Shown here piece by piece: positions 10,999 to 23,100 of a stretch of 64,000 nt of DNA. The position numbers and the translations under genes were made by a program. The stretch's first letter is position 1. Every line of letters begins with the position of its first letter. The notes below the pieces were generated by a model. The model did no database searches. It was not told the DNA's origin and saw only the letters and a program-made list of their open reading frames with translations. The stretch covers positions 558,001 through 622,000 of the forward strand of contig JAKMXF010000110.1 of assembly GCA_024704765.1 (NCBI GenBank). Reading direction: 5' to 3'. Source of the DNA: Oopsacas minuta (taxonomy: Eukaryota > Animalia > Porifera).

Positions 10999-13900
10999 AT
11001 GTCTGACGTTAATATTACTGCTAATACAGAGGATATAGCTGGTGAGTATTATGTTCTTGTTTACTGCTTTAATATTATACATCATGATATAGCCTGCATA
11101 AACCAACACCAGCATACTCCATAAGACCTGTATAATCCGTAAGACCTGCATATTCCATAAGACCTGTATAATTCATAAGACCTGTATCCGACTTTCTTAG
11201 TTCATGTGACTGCAATAGAGTGTGTCCGTATGACAGATTCCACTGGACAGTAAATGAGAACTTTGGGCCTACTGAAAAACGTTCCTTATGAAGGAGTCCA
11301 ATTCTAAATATTGGGAATGCTCATATTTCGGATATTTCCCTGTGCTTGAATATTGGACTCATTTCCATGTGACAACCTTCGCCTATTCTATTAATAGGGT
11401 CATCTTCTTACCCCATTGTCCCTCATGCAGACACTACAGAGATAGACACGGCTACTATCCAGGTTATAGTTAAGGATGAGACAGATCTTAAGAATCAGCA
11501 GAGACAGATTATTAATCTGTCCGTATCTTACACTGTGTTTGATCTGCATTGCTTGATTGGTCAGAAGGTCAGATATAAATTAGGAACGTTCACACTTGTC
11601 TGGGATAAACAGGTTTGTTGTTGTATTTGTATATTTTATCACTTTATATACGTAAACATATGGAAACTCTACAATTCTATTCAGCTATGGATCACCCTGT
11701 TTATTCTTGATATACATTACCTCTGTCACTTCAGTTTATTTAAATTACGATACAGTGGAACCTCGTGGAAACGAACACGGTTTTCCAGATAACACGAATA
11801 AGTATTCACACAAATCAGTTCCCTACAATCGATATTCAATTGGTATTACTCCAGTTAATGCGAACAAATTTTGATCTTCCGTTTGTGTTCGTATTAACGA
11901 GGTTCCACTGAAGCTCTGGTTAGATCAGTGAGGCACACGTTCACAATCAAATATGTAGATGACATCATTATTGTGTAAGCACACCAAACATAATATCTCC
12001 CACATTATTTTGATATCAAATTTTTGCCGCTCAAACCAAATGGCCTCGTGTGCGGGTGAGCCATCAGTTACTGTCCACTGATTTATCTATTCAATTATTG
12101 TTATTCTCTGGCCATAACATTTCTGCCTTTGACGTGGATCTTTCCATGAATTACTTATTTAATGTAGGAGGGGATTACTGGTATATGTAACACTATATCA
12201 AGATTATAGTTTTAGGCTTGTATTTATTTGGCTATAATAACGTGAAAGTTTGAGTAATCATAATTATAACTATTTTCAACAAATGGTGGAACAATTTTCT
12301 GAGATTTTTTTCACTGATTATGAAGGGAAGCAAAGGGTGATAAGGTTTTTGAAGGATGAATTTATTGACACCTCCATATACTCCCTGAAATTTCAAATCG
12401 AGCTTATGACTGACGTTCTCATCCAAGAACAACATTTGACTCTAGATGGGAGGAAACTAGATGCCAAGAAAGGTGACAGAATAATGACTTTTGAAGATTA
12501 CGGGATTATGCAAGGCGCGAGCATCGTTTTGCACCAACGACTTTTGGGAGGTGAAATTGAACCGTTTGATTTTGTTAATATAAACAAAAAGAAGAAGTTT
12601 AAACCGATGAAACTTGGACGCGGTACCAAAACATGGAGAAAGGTTCTTCCTGGTATTTGCTTCGTCGGGATTTGTTTAGAAAAGGGCTGTAAGGCCAGTG
12701 GGGATCTTGTAGTTGTAAATAAGGAATTCTATAAGGATAAGGCCGGATGCTGTGTGGCCAACGTCGAAATTCATCGTTTGAATTGTCCGATTTGTAAAGA
12801 ACAGATTGACACCAAATCTTTAATGGGAGTAGGTCTCTATAAATGCAAGGCTATCGTTGAAACTATGCACAAAACAGGGGAGAAGGAGAAGAAGCATAAA
12901 TACGAAATAAAATCTGAAGATTTCCTTTATGCGTACAGCGTGAATGACAAAGGGAAGATCAAGTATCAATACATTGAGATTATCATTAAACCTCTGTAGT
13001 AATATACGCATTGGTTCTAATGATAATCTTAATTGTGTGCTTCTTACGTTAAGTTAGTTCTAGTGAGTATTGTACTGTCGGATTTTAGAACTTTGTTGAT
13101 TCATTTCATAAATGTCTGTTTTGTAATAAAATAATTTGCTTATGAAGCTGATTAACGTGAAGAGGCTTTTCCCTGTCTTCCTCTTCACACAAATCCGCTC
13201 CTGATTGTTGTACACCATAAATGGACTGTCCCTATCACCTTATAGTCATAGCTATTTCTGTATCTGATATCATTATTATATCACAGCTCAATAACCGTGA
13301 TCAATCATAACTTGATTATCTTAGAGATAAGATCACCTAATTGATATGAGTCATTAGTGTGAATTATATATATCACTAATTGTTTGAGGTTTGTATTATT
13401 TATTTATCCATGGAATGGCTGCTAAATATTCTGATTTATATTTCCTGATCGATAACGGAAATAATCTATCACTTAAAATCCCTCAAAAGACTTTTGCAGA
13501 AACGAAAATTCAGGAATTGAAGTCTCAAATTCAACTCAAAACAGGATTTGAGTTAGAAAACCAAAAATTAATATATTCGAATAAAATATTAGAAAATAAT
13601 ACAAATATTTGTGTTTACGACATAACAACAGGTTCATATATACTACTGCTTAACCAATCAGATTGTTTGTTTGTTTACATAACGGAAAGTGTGAAAACAA
13701 TTTTGTTAACTTTCCCTAAACTTTCGTTTGCGAATTTAACAGTTGTTGAATTGAAATTTGAAGTAAAACGAAGAGAAGGAATTCCCGAAAATATCCAGAA
13801 ATTATTCTATAACGGACAGATATTAGAAGATGAAAATACTTTAGAATTTTATGGGATTATCCCTGATAGCAAACTCACTCTATTTCCTAACCAAAATGAG

Positions 13901-16900
13901 TGTTTGTTTATCAAAACATTCGACAAAACAATCACAATTACAGTCACAAATACAATATTCTCACAAACTACAGTTTTAGAATTGAAATCGCTTATAAACA
14001 GGAAGGAAAGTATTCCAAAGGAACAGCAACGGTTGATATTATCCGGTCGAGAACTGCGAAACTCCAAAACTCTCGGTTACTATAAAATAAAACAAGAATT
14101 TGTTATTAATCTACTTATAATACCAGCTAGCATATCTTCACATATTTCCTACAGTCTATTCATACAGATGTATACTGGTAGAATATTAACACTAGAATTC
14201 CCAAACAAAACATTTCTAAAGCTATCTGTATTAGATTTAATATTACAGATTGAAAGGTGTGAGAATATTCCTAGAAATATTCAATATTTATATTTCACAG
14301 GAAAGCAATTAGAAGAAAGCAAACTATTGTCTCAATACAGTATTATTGATGGGTCTACTCTGGATTTAAAATTGAATATTTATGGGGTCGCTAACGACCC
14401 GTTCAATTTCTCAGAAATAAGTTTTCAAGAGCTATTTGAAAAGGTGACACAATTCGCACCCCATTGGAGACAAGTAAGCGAGGGGGTTAATTTTAGGGCA
14501 ACATGTAGGAACAAAGATTGTGAAGCGTGTAATCGTATTGTCTATGTCCAAAGGGGTTTTTATGAAGCAACAAACGGTGAGTGTTTGTTAAACAATGAAA
14601 TGGGTGTGTTAGAATGCCCTATGTGTGGTTGTAAGATTGACAAGGCTAATATTCATGGTGTGGGTATATATAAATGTATTTTGGAAGTTAGGAAGGGAGG
14701 ATGTGTTTGTTGTAAGGTGGAGTCAAGAGATATGTTCCAATTCGCACAATGTATGCAAGATTTGGATCTGTTACATGTTATGGACATTCTTTTGGTCGTT
14801 AAACGTCTCTAAGGAATATTTAAGTAATTTATCACTCTCCATTCCTTTATTGTAGTTTATTATTGTTATTTGTATTAATAATATTTACTTGGAACAAATG
14901 TACCAATTCCAAATTTGAGCGCAATTACGCATGTGAGACTGGACTATGAGTCACCAATGATACCTCTGACCATCTTGTAACCTCATCTGAAATCATTAGT
15001 GAACGCGGTTGTTGACTAAATGCAAGTTTTAAGAGAGTGTATTGTGGCCTCATGAACCTGTGTAATTGTGTTTACAACAGGATAAGGCAGAGAATATGGG
15101 AACATCAATTATAATACATTAATGATATCATATATATATAGATTTGAGTGTCGAACTAAGCTTATAGGAAATGATTAAGTTTGTTTTAGCGTGGAGTCAA
15201 GCAGTAAATTTAGATATGCAGGTTGTGTGAATGAGGATGATAGGTTAGATTATGAGTATATTATCCTGGTAGTTAAACGTCGCTAGTTGATAACTGCTAG
15301 TTAGTTCTCTTAGATATTAGGTGATTCATTGATTAGTATTATTAGCTGTTATCTTATCTCTTATTATTTTCCTGTTATATCATGTCCCCATTAGAATATG
15401 TTATAACATATTGTTGTAATTCACCACCGGACGTAAGCGCCATCCTCTCGGAAACTGCTTTGATAATTCCTGATATATTATGCCAGTTAAAAGAACATTT
15501 ATTACTAATCCCAGGGGTCTTATTACCAGCATCCATTGTAATATTTATTTCTAAATTTATCACAGTTATTCAAATCTGTAACATAACACCTCATATAACT
15601 ATACTATTCCAGTATATAGTCTTACACTGAATCATAAATTCACTTTTACTAAAAATTATCCAAAATAATATATCTGCAATGGCTACAGGAGGATATTCAT
15701 GTGTGTTTGTAATAATTGATTCCACACCATGTTCTTTCCGCTTCCCAAAGGAATCTTTCGGCAAAACAAAGATTACCCAGCTTCAGCATCAAATTCAGAA
15801 ACGGACTGGTTGCAATGTTGACGATTGCTTGACGTATAATGGCAAAAATTTGAAGATTCATGGGGATTGGTATGCGCTGACCTTTGAAACATACAACATA
15901 ACTCCCAATAGTAATATAATTTTGAATCCTAGGGTGTGTGGGGGATCTGAATTCGATACGGGATCAATGGATTTTGTTGACGTCACAGCTGAAGAAAAGT
16001 TTGTGGCAATTTCCCTCGTTCGATCTTCAGGAGCTCCTAGTTGGAGACAAGTTGACGAAGGTTTGAATTTTTCTGGCATATGTAGAAATGAAGGTTGCAA
16101 AGCTTGCGATCAACTCGTATATATACAAAGAGGGTTTTATCAAGAGGATTATGGAAGGTGTTTTGTTAACAGTGAGATTTCTATGTTACAATGCCCTGTG
16201 TGTAAAAAGGAATTAAATAAGAATGATATCAAAGGTGTAGGGATATACAAGTGTACTCTAGAAGTAAGGACCAAAAGAGAAGGAGCAAACCAAAAAACTT
16301 TTACCATAAAATCTGAAGAAAAGTTCCGATATGCAGAATGCAGAAATAAGCACGACAAAATAGTTTATGACAGTGTCGTGTTTGTTGTTAAACCCCTTGA
16401 AAACACTGAAGCGGTAGAGGAACCCGTAGAGGAACCCGTAGAGGAACCCGTAGAGGAACCTGTAGAGGATCATATACCCATAGAGGAACCAAGACCTGTA
16501 GGGAAGCATAAAACTTTTAAAGCCCGAATAGACCGTGGTATGCAAAAGTTGGTGCACAAGTATTTCCATGATGAATAATTGGTGAATTTTGAATACTAAT
16601 GTGATATAACTTAATAATGTGTGTATGTTTACTCTGTTTGCTTCAAACTATAGGTTTGACTAGCTTGTTATTTTTTTTCATTTTTCTCCTGTTCTATATT
16701 TTGAGTAAATATTTTCTGTTTGATTGTAACTTAACTGAATACATCTGATATGGTGAATGCCCTGGTAATAATAGCATTTAATACTGATTTCAGATAGTTA
16801 AAGTCTCCAATTTGACTATCTAGGTGTGTTCCCTGGCTTTGATAGGAGCGTACACATAATCTATCTTTGATTAATCTTAAAAGGTTGTCAGGAAATGTTC

Positions 16901-19900
16901 CAGTCGCGATTACGCGCCTACATATTTTGTATTATTTCAATGATATTGTTTTGTTGATATCTTCACATATAATTAATTATCCATCATAAACAATTCCCTC
17001 TTCTATTCGTTATAATAATACTTGTTGTATAGGACAGTACAGTAAAGGAGAATGAAGTAGAGCTAGATGAAGACTGTAAGGTATCACTTTATGATTTTGG
17101 ATTCAAAAGCAAGAGAGAGACTGTTTGTATTCGAGACAAGAATGACAGACAACCTCAAGCTGTTACTTCTGACGTAAGTGTTACAATAGCCACTTAATTT
17201 GGACACAATTATGCCAGTCGAAGTGTCCCGATTGACTGAATTATCACACTTTATCCATGTAGGATGAAGATCAGAAAAATGTGAAACTAACTAACGTAAC
17301 TTGGAATAATAGTTTCAATACAGTTAGTAGTAGTTATAATGGGCCTCGCCCTATGAATTATACTTCTACATCAAGTTGGTATCCTTCTTATCATATGCAG
17401 CAGTCGGAAACTGGTGAGTTGTTTGTTTGTCTGTTTGTTTGTTTATTTGTTTGTTTATTTGTTTGTTTGTTTAGGATTCGTTGGATTAGTGAATCAAGCA
17501 ATGACTTGTTATCTTAACAGTCTCCTACAAACTCTATACATGTCTCCAGAATTCAGGAATGCTATATACAAGTAATAAGAATGATTTTTTCATACAGTTG
17601 TATAGAAGCTTAAGGCACCGCGATAATTACTTCCATATAAGCGGGATTTTACTGTATTTATTAGATGGAAGTTCTGTAAAGCTGAGAAAGAGAAGGAGAG
17701 ATGTATTCCATATCAGCTACAACGCTTGTTCATACAGTTACAGGTAACATACTACAATATAACCTGACTAATGGTAGCGTGTACACTGCAGATAACTCCT
17801 GTATTCATGTTAATAGACAACATAATTAATTTCTTACTGCTTAGACATCTGATAAGAGAGCTGTAGAGACTACAGATATCACCAAGAGCTTCGGTTGGGA
17901 CACAAATGAAGGTATACATACATACAATTCGCATATTAGCAAGGGAAATTCTTGCTATTAGGTGAACTCTGTACATATATGAATATACATACGAAGGTGT
18001 TACTAATGTTGTGTTGTAGCATGGCAACAGCATGACGTACAAGAGTTATGTAGAGTAATGTTTGATGCTCTTGAGATTAACTTTAAGAAAACAGAACAGG
18101 TATGTTATTGCGTATACGTATTTGTTATTTTTGTTATTATTATTATTATTTACATCTATCTTAAGGCTAGCCTAATCAATTATCTATATCAAGGGGAAAT
18201 GAAAGACTACGTGAAATGCCTAGAGTGCAATCAGGAGTCTGCTAGACACGACACTTTCCTAGATATTCCTCTTGTCATTAAGCCCTTTGGATCTACTACT
18301 GCTTATGTATCTGTGGTTAGTCTTATGCTTGAATGGTATTTGTGAATATGGAACTATAGAATGCTTTATAATCCTATTTAACACATAATAAATTCGGGTC
18401 TCTTCTTAGGAGGAAGCTCTGGAAGCCTTTATTGAGCCGGAAACACTTGAAGGAGATAATCAGGTAATTATTATTAACGACATCTTAAACCTTTTCTCAG
18501 CGATGCGAGAACATTTGGCTTAGCTATTTAAATTTACATATATCGTAGATGTATCATATTTCTACGCACATGCCAAATTCCAAGTTTTAGCTCTTACCAG
18601 TTCCTCAATTCTATGACTCAACCCCTGCACAGTATTTATTCTACATTCTTGCAGTTATGGATTTTAATAAAATCTAAAATGGACATATCAAATTATGTGA
18701 ATCAAATATCTACTGACCTGTCAATCAATGATAATTGTATCCCTGTAGTATCAATGTGAGAACTGCAGCAAGAAGTGTGATGCTCATAAGGTTTGTGCTT
18801 TTATTGATTTATTAGCATTTGTATTATTTTTCTTGGATTGTTTATGTGTAAATGTTGTTAGAGATACAAAATATTGATAAATGGTCGTTGGAATGAAAAG
18901 GATTGAATACAGTCATCTCCCGTTATACGAAGCTCAAGAGACCGCGATAATGTTTGATGTGACCGATTAAATATGTTACTTTGACGGTTTGGGACCATAT
19001 TTGTACAATTCACACTTCGATATAACGGGAGATACTGTACCTCAGTTAGTGCCTCAATAATTTAGCTAATTTCAGTGTATACGTACAACTTCCTACATAC
19101 TTAATTATTTGGCTTGATTTACTGATACACTTTGAAAGGTCTTTGAACATTCCTTCAAAAAGACTTTTCCTTATAATATGATAATAAATCGCTGGCCCCG
19201 TTTAATTAGCTTAATTAGATTAACTAGTCTGTCTTTAATGTCAGATAATTAAACACACATAATTGTCAGGTGTATTTTCCTGTGCTCTAATTATCTACTT
19301 TTAGCATTAAAATTATCTTTTGGTTGTATTGTAATACAATAATTATTTAAGTTTTGTTTCTATAAATTCAGTTAATTTTATTTCAAACTTAAATAATGAA
19401 TGTTTTTCTACAAATAATTGTTGTATTCTCCTTTCTTGTTTCGATACTTTCTGCCCCTACGGATCTCCCCCCTGATTGTACAGACGGTGACAACTGCTCC
19501 AGTATATTTGAGACACAATATCTTCCCATAATTATTCGCACTTCTACTTGTATCTTCGTTGCTCTTGTAATTTTCCTTTTTTTGTGTATCATTTTATGGC
19601 TCTTAAGTTACGCGATAGATCCTAACAACAGTTTTGTAACATCAGTATGTCTGGGAATGTTGGCTTGTTTCTGCTCTCAATTAGCTACACAACAAAATAA
19701 ATCAACAAGAAGTAAACAAAACTTGTCAACAAGAAATAAAAATCATAACAATACGAATAAACCTCCTCCTTACACTTATGCTACTATTCCACAGACAGAA
19801 TTGATCAATCAACTTCATTGCCCGTGTCATACTGCTAAATTCCTACAACCTGTTTCGGTTACTAGGAATACATAATCAGACAACAGCTGTAAATTCCATT

Positions 19901-20161
19901 ATATTGTAGTTGTTTATTCGACTGTGTTTCATACACCGCTGTCCTGTATCCCAGGGGATCTTGTTTATACATATATTGTGCATATTTGTGTTGTTGTTTG
20001 CTTGTTTGGAAGAGTCTGATTTAATTAAAATTCTAGTAAATAATCTAATCTGGCTCAAGGAGAACTAATTAGCTGTCCTGTTTACCATAATATTTTGACT
20101 CTGATTGCTGCGATTAATTTTGTATCTGTGTTCATCAATTACACGTATTTTATGGTTGTCT

Positions 20162-20193
<32 letters not shown>

Positions 20194-23100
20194 GATTTGG
20201 AGCAGTAATCAGTTTTACGTTGTAGCTTTCATGTGGTTTATATATTATTTAATTAACAACTATTTTCTAGAAACTATTTACATATTTGCACTTTGGAATT
20301 TAAAATTACAACCTGTACCGACAGCCCGTGTTTTAAACTGGCACTCTATTGGAGGCACTAAGTGTATTGTGTTCAAATTTAACTCTTTATAGTGCCACTT
20401 AAATATGCTGTCGGCACAGATTGTAGTTTTAAATTTAACATGAAAATGACTATCCGTCATATTCTAACGCCTGCCTTATAGTGTCATAACTTGTATGTGT
20501 GTATATTTAGGGTCTAAAGTTCACAAAGTTTCCATATCTTCTCACCTTACAACTCAAAAGATTTGATTTTGATTACTCTACCATGCACAGGATTAAACTG
20601 AATGATAGGTTTATATTATTATTATTTATCGTTGAGTATTTGTTTATTTATTTTGTTGTTGTTTAGGATGACATTCCCTTTCTACCTCGATTTAAATGGG
20701 TTTATTGAGAAGGTTTGTTAACTTTGAAACTGACACAAACGAGAACTTCTGGAATATTTATATTTTTATATCCAGAATATACTGTATGTAGTATTCTATT
20801 TTATTCCTGTTTTAGGAAGGAAAGCCAGATCCTGCTAAGAGACAGAAGAGCTCTGATTCTTTTGCTGAGTCAGACAGACCTAGCAGTAAACAGTCTACTT
20901 CCTCAGAGACAGGATCATCCAGTGCTAATACGCTAGAACCAGGTATAGTCAACTCCCATTATATCGAAGTAATAATCGCGGTTCCTTGAGCTTCGTTAAT
21001 GTAACTATACATGACAGGTATGGATGGGTATCAGGCTATATCAGAGGGTCAGGATGCAGAAGACCTAATGAGGAATCTGAATATAACATCAGAGGATCTA
21101 GTTCCTCTGCTTGTAGATGGAGATATTAATGCTGATGATAAGATACTAAGTATGTTGCATTGCTGAGTATCAGAATACAATGGAGTTCACCTATTAGCAA
21201 GTAGTTTGTATTCTGCACGAATTACCTTGATAATACGCAAACTTGCAGAGTAAAAGAGGAATTGTTTCCAATTTCGAATATACTCTAATACCCTGAAAAA
21301 CTGCTATCAAGCAGACACTATTTCATAATTGTATAGCGATTGTATTAATCACATTTCTATACATTCTCCTGTTTATCCCATATATTCTAGATTCTCCTTC
21401 TACTCCACCAGTCCACGCTATGGATGGTAGTGACAGTGGCATATCTAACAAATCAGAAGATGAGCCTACTACTCCTAACGGACCGCCTGTACTACCTTAT
21501 ACGAGTGGTAATATCTCCCCTACTGAGAATAACGTTAGTTACTAGCAGTATATAATGATTGCATTAGTGTATTAGAATACAGAGTAACATAGGAATTACG
21601 GACACTTTGGTAGTATGGCTGTTAGAAAATTGTTTCAGCTCCACATGATGTCCATCTAAGCATGTGTGCAGGCGGCACTTCATTATCATTATCTCATTAT
21701 TGAATGAAATTTCTTCTAACCTAATTATCTCAATGGTGTTATTATTTTTAGTCAGAAGATTACTCAAATCTCACCAAACGTAAAGTAGAATCCTATCACA
21801 CAGGATCAGAGAATACTTATCCTAATCAGTCTAGTTATAACAGGATTAATTCTGATGACGACACTGATAATCAGACAGCTGAGGAGGAGAAAATTGATGA
21901 ATATAATCCTGAAGAATTGTTAAAAAAAGTAAGTGCATACAAATTGTATTTGATAGACAATTGCAGTATAGAAGACCTCCATAAGAACCTCTGAAAGCAG
22001 AGAAGTGGAGAAGCAGGGACAAAATCTTGGTGATCTAATCTCTCGCTACTGGAGGTTCCACTGCATAGCTCAGCGGTCAGAGCCATTTTAGTTTAGTCTG
22101 CCTAAAGGCGGGAAATTAATCTATTGGGAACTTTCGGTAGTAAATGACATATATGTAATATGTCGAAATTGGTATGAGTAAGGTGAACAATAGATCTCCA
22201 TAAACGAAGAAACAGATATCATGTTTCAGGGTCCATGGGACACTTCTTACGGAGGTGATATTACGTTTATACTAGGTTATTTCCTATAATACTCTCTCTC
22301 TTTGTCTAGGGTCCTTATGTGTATGAACTATTCAGTATAATGATACACAGCGGATCTGCTATAGGAGGACACTATTATGCTTACATCAAGTTAGTTCTTA
22401 TTGTTATTTGTTTGTTTGTTTGTAGTGTTAAATCATTACAATTTTAGATCTCTGAGGGATAGAAAATGGTACCAGTTCAATGACCAATCAGTTGCAACGG
22501 TATACTCGATAATATTCTAGAATATTCTATGTGTATGCTATATTATAAACTTGTAATTTGTGTATTAGATGTCGTATACAGAGATAGAGAGAGCTTATGG
22601 AGGTGTAGAGAACTCTAGAGGGTATTACTCAACATTATTCTCTAGTTGTGCTAATGCATATATGCTAATGTATAGACAGATTAATTTGGAGAGGAATGCA
22701 GGTATTATTTGTAAACACTCTGACATTCTGTTTGTGGACGGTCTCATCTGGTTCCTATATCTTCTTATATCACATCTGCATTTGTATATTTACTATATTG
22801 TTTGTTTGTTTGTAGATTTTATTGACAAAACTACATTCCCTGATCACATCCATGAAGTTATTAAAGAATTCCATCGAGCAGAGCAAGAGGAGAAACTAAG
22901 AATAGAAAGAGAGAGATCTCTGTGTAAAGTTAGTTTACCGTTTGTATTGTTGTTTGTTTGTTTATTTACAAATTTGTTTTTTTAGTTAAAGTTATTCTGC
23001 CTCCATCCGAAAACTCCCTCGAAAAAGACAGAATTACATTTTGAAGTTCATAAAGATAAAACTTTTCTTGAAGCTGAAGATCAAGCTTATGAAGTTTGTT

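Noticed and set aside
11120-11185. 17-18-bp tandem repeat (cataagacctgtata...) in USP47 intron 1
   Set aside because: Ordinary short minisatellite; no evidence of function
15375-15630. ORFs on both strands between Ubl genes 2 and 3
   Set aside because: They overlap a family B MITE remnant; no Ubl or other domain
22062-22085. tRNA-like D-arm/A-box (gcatagctcagcggtcagagc)
   Set aside because: No anticodon arm, T-loop (GTTCRA) or acceptor stem follows; it abuts a MITE end
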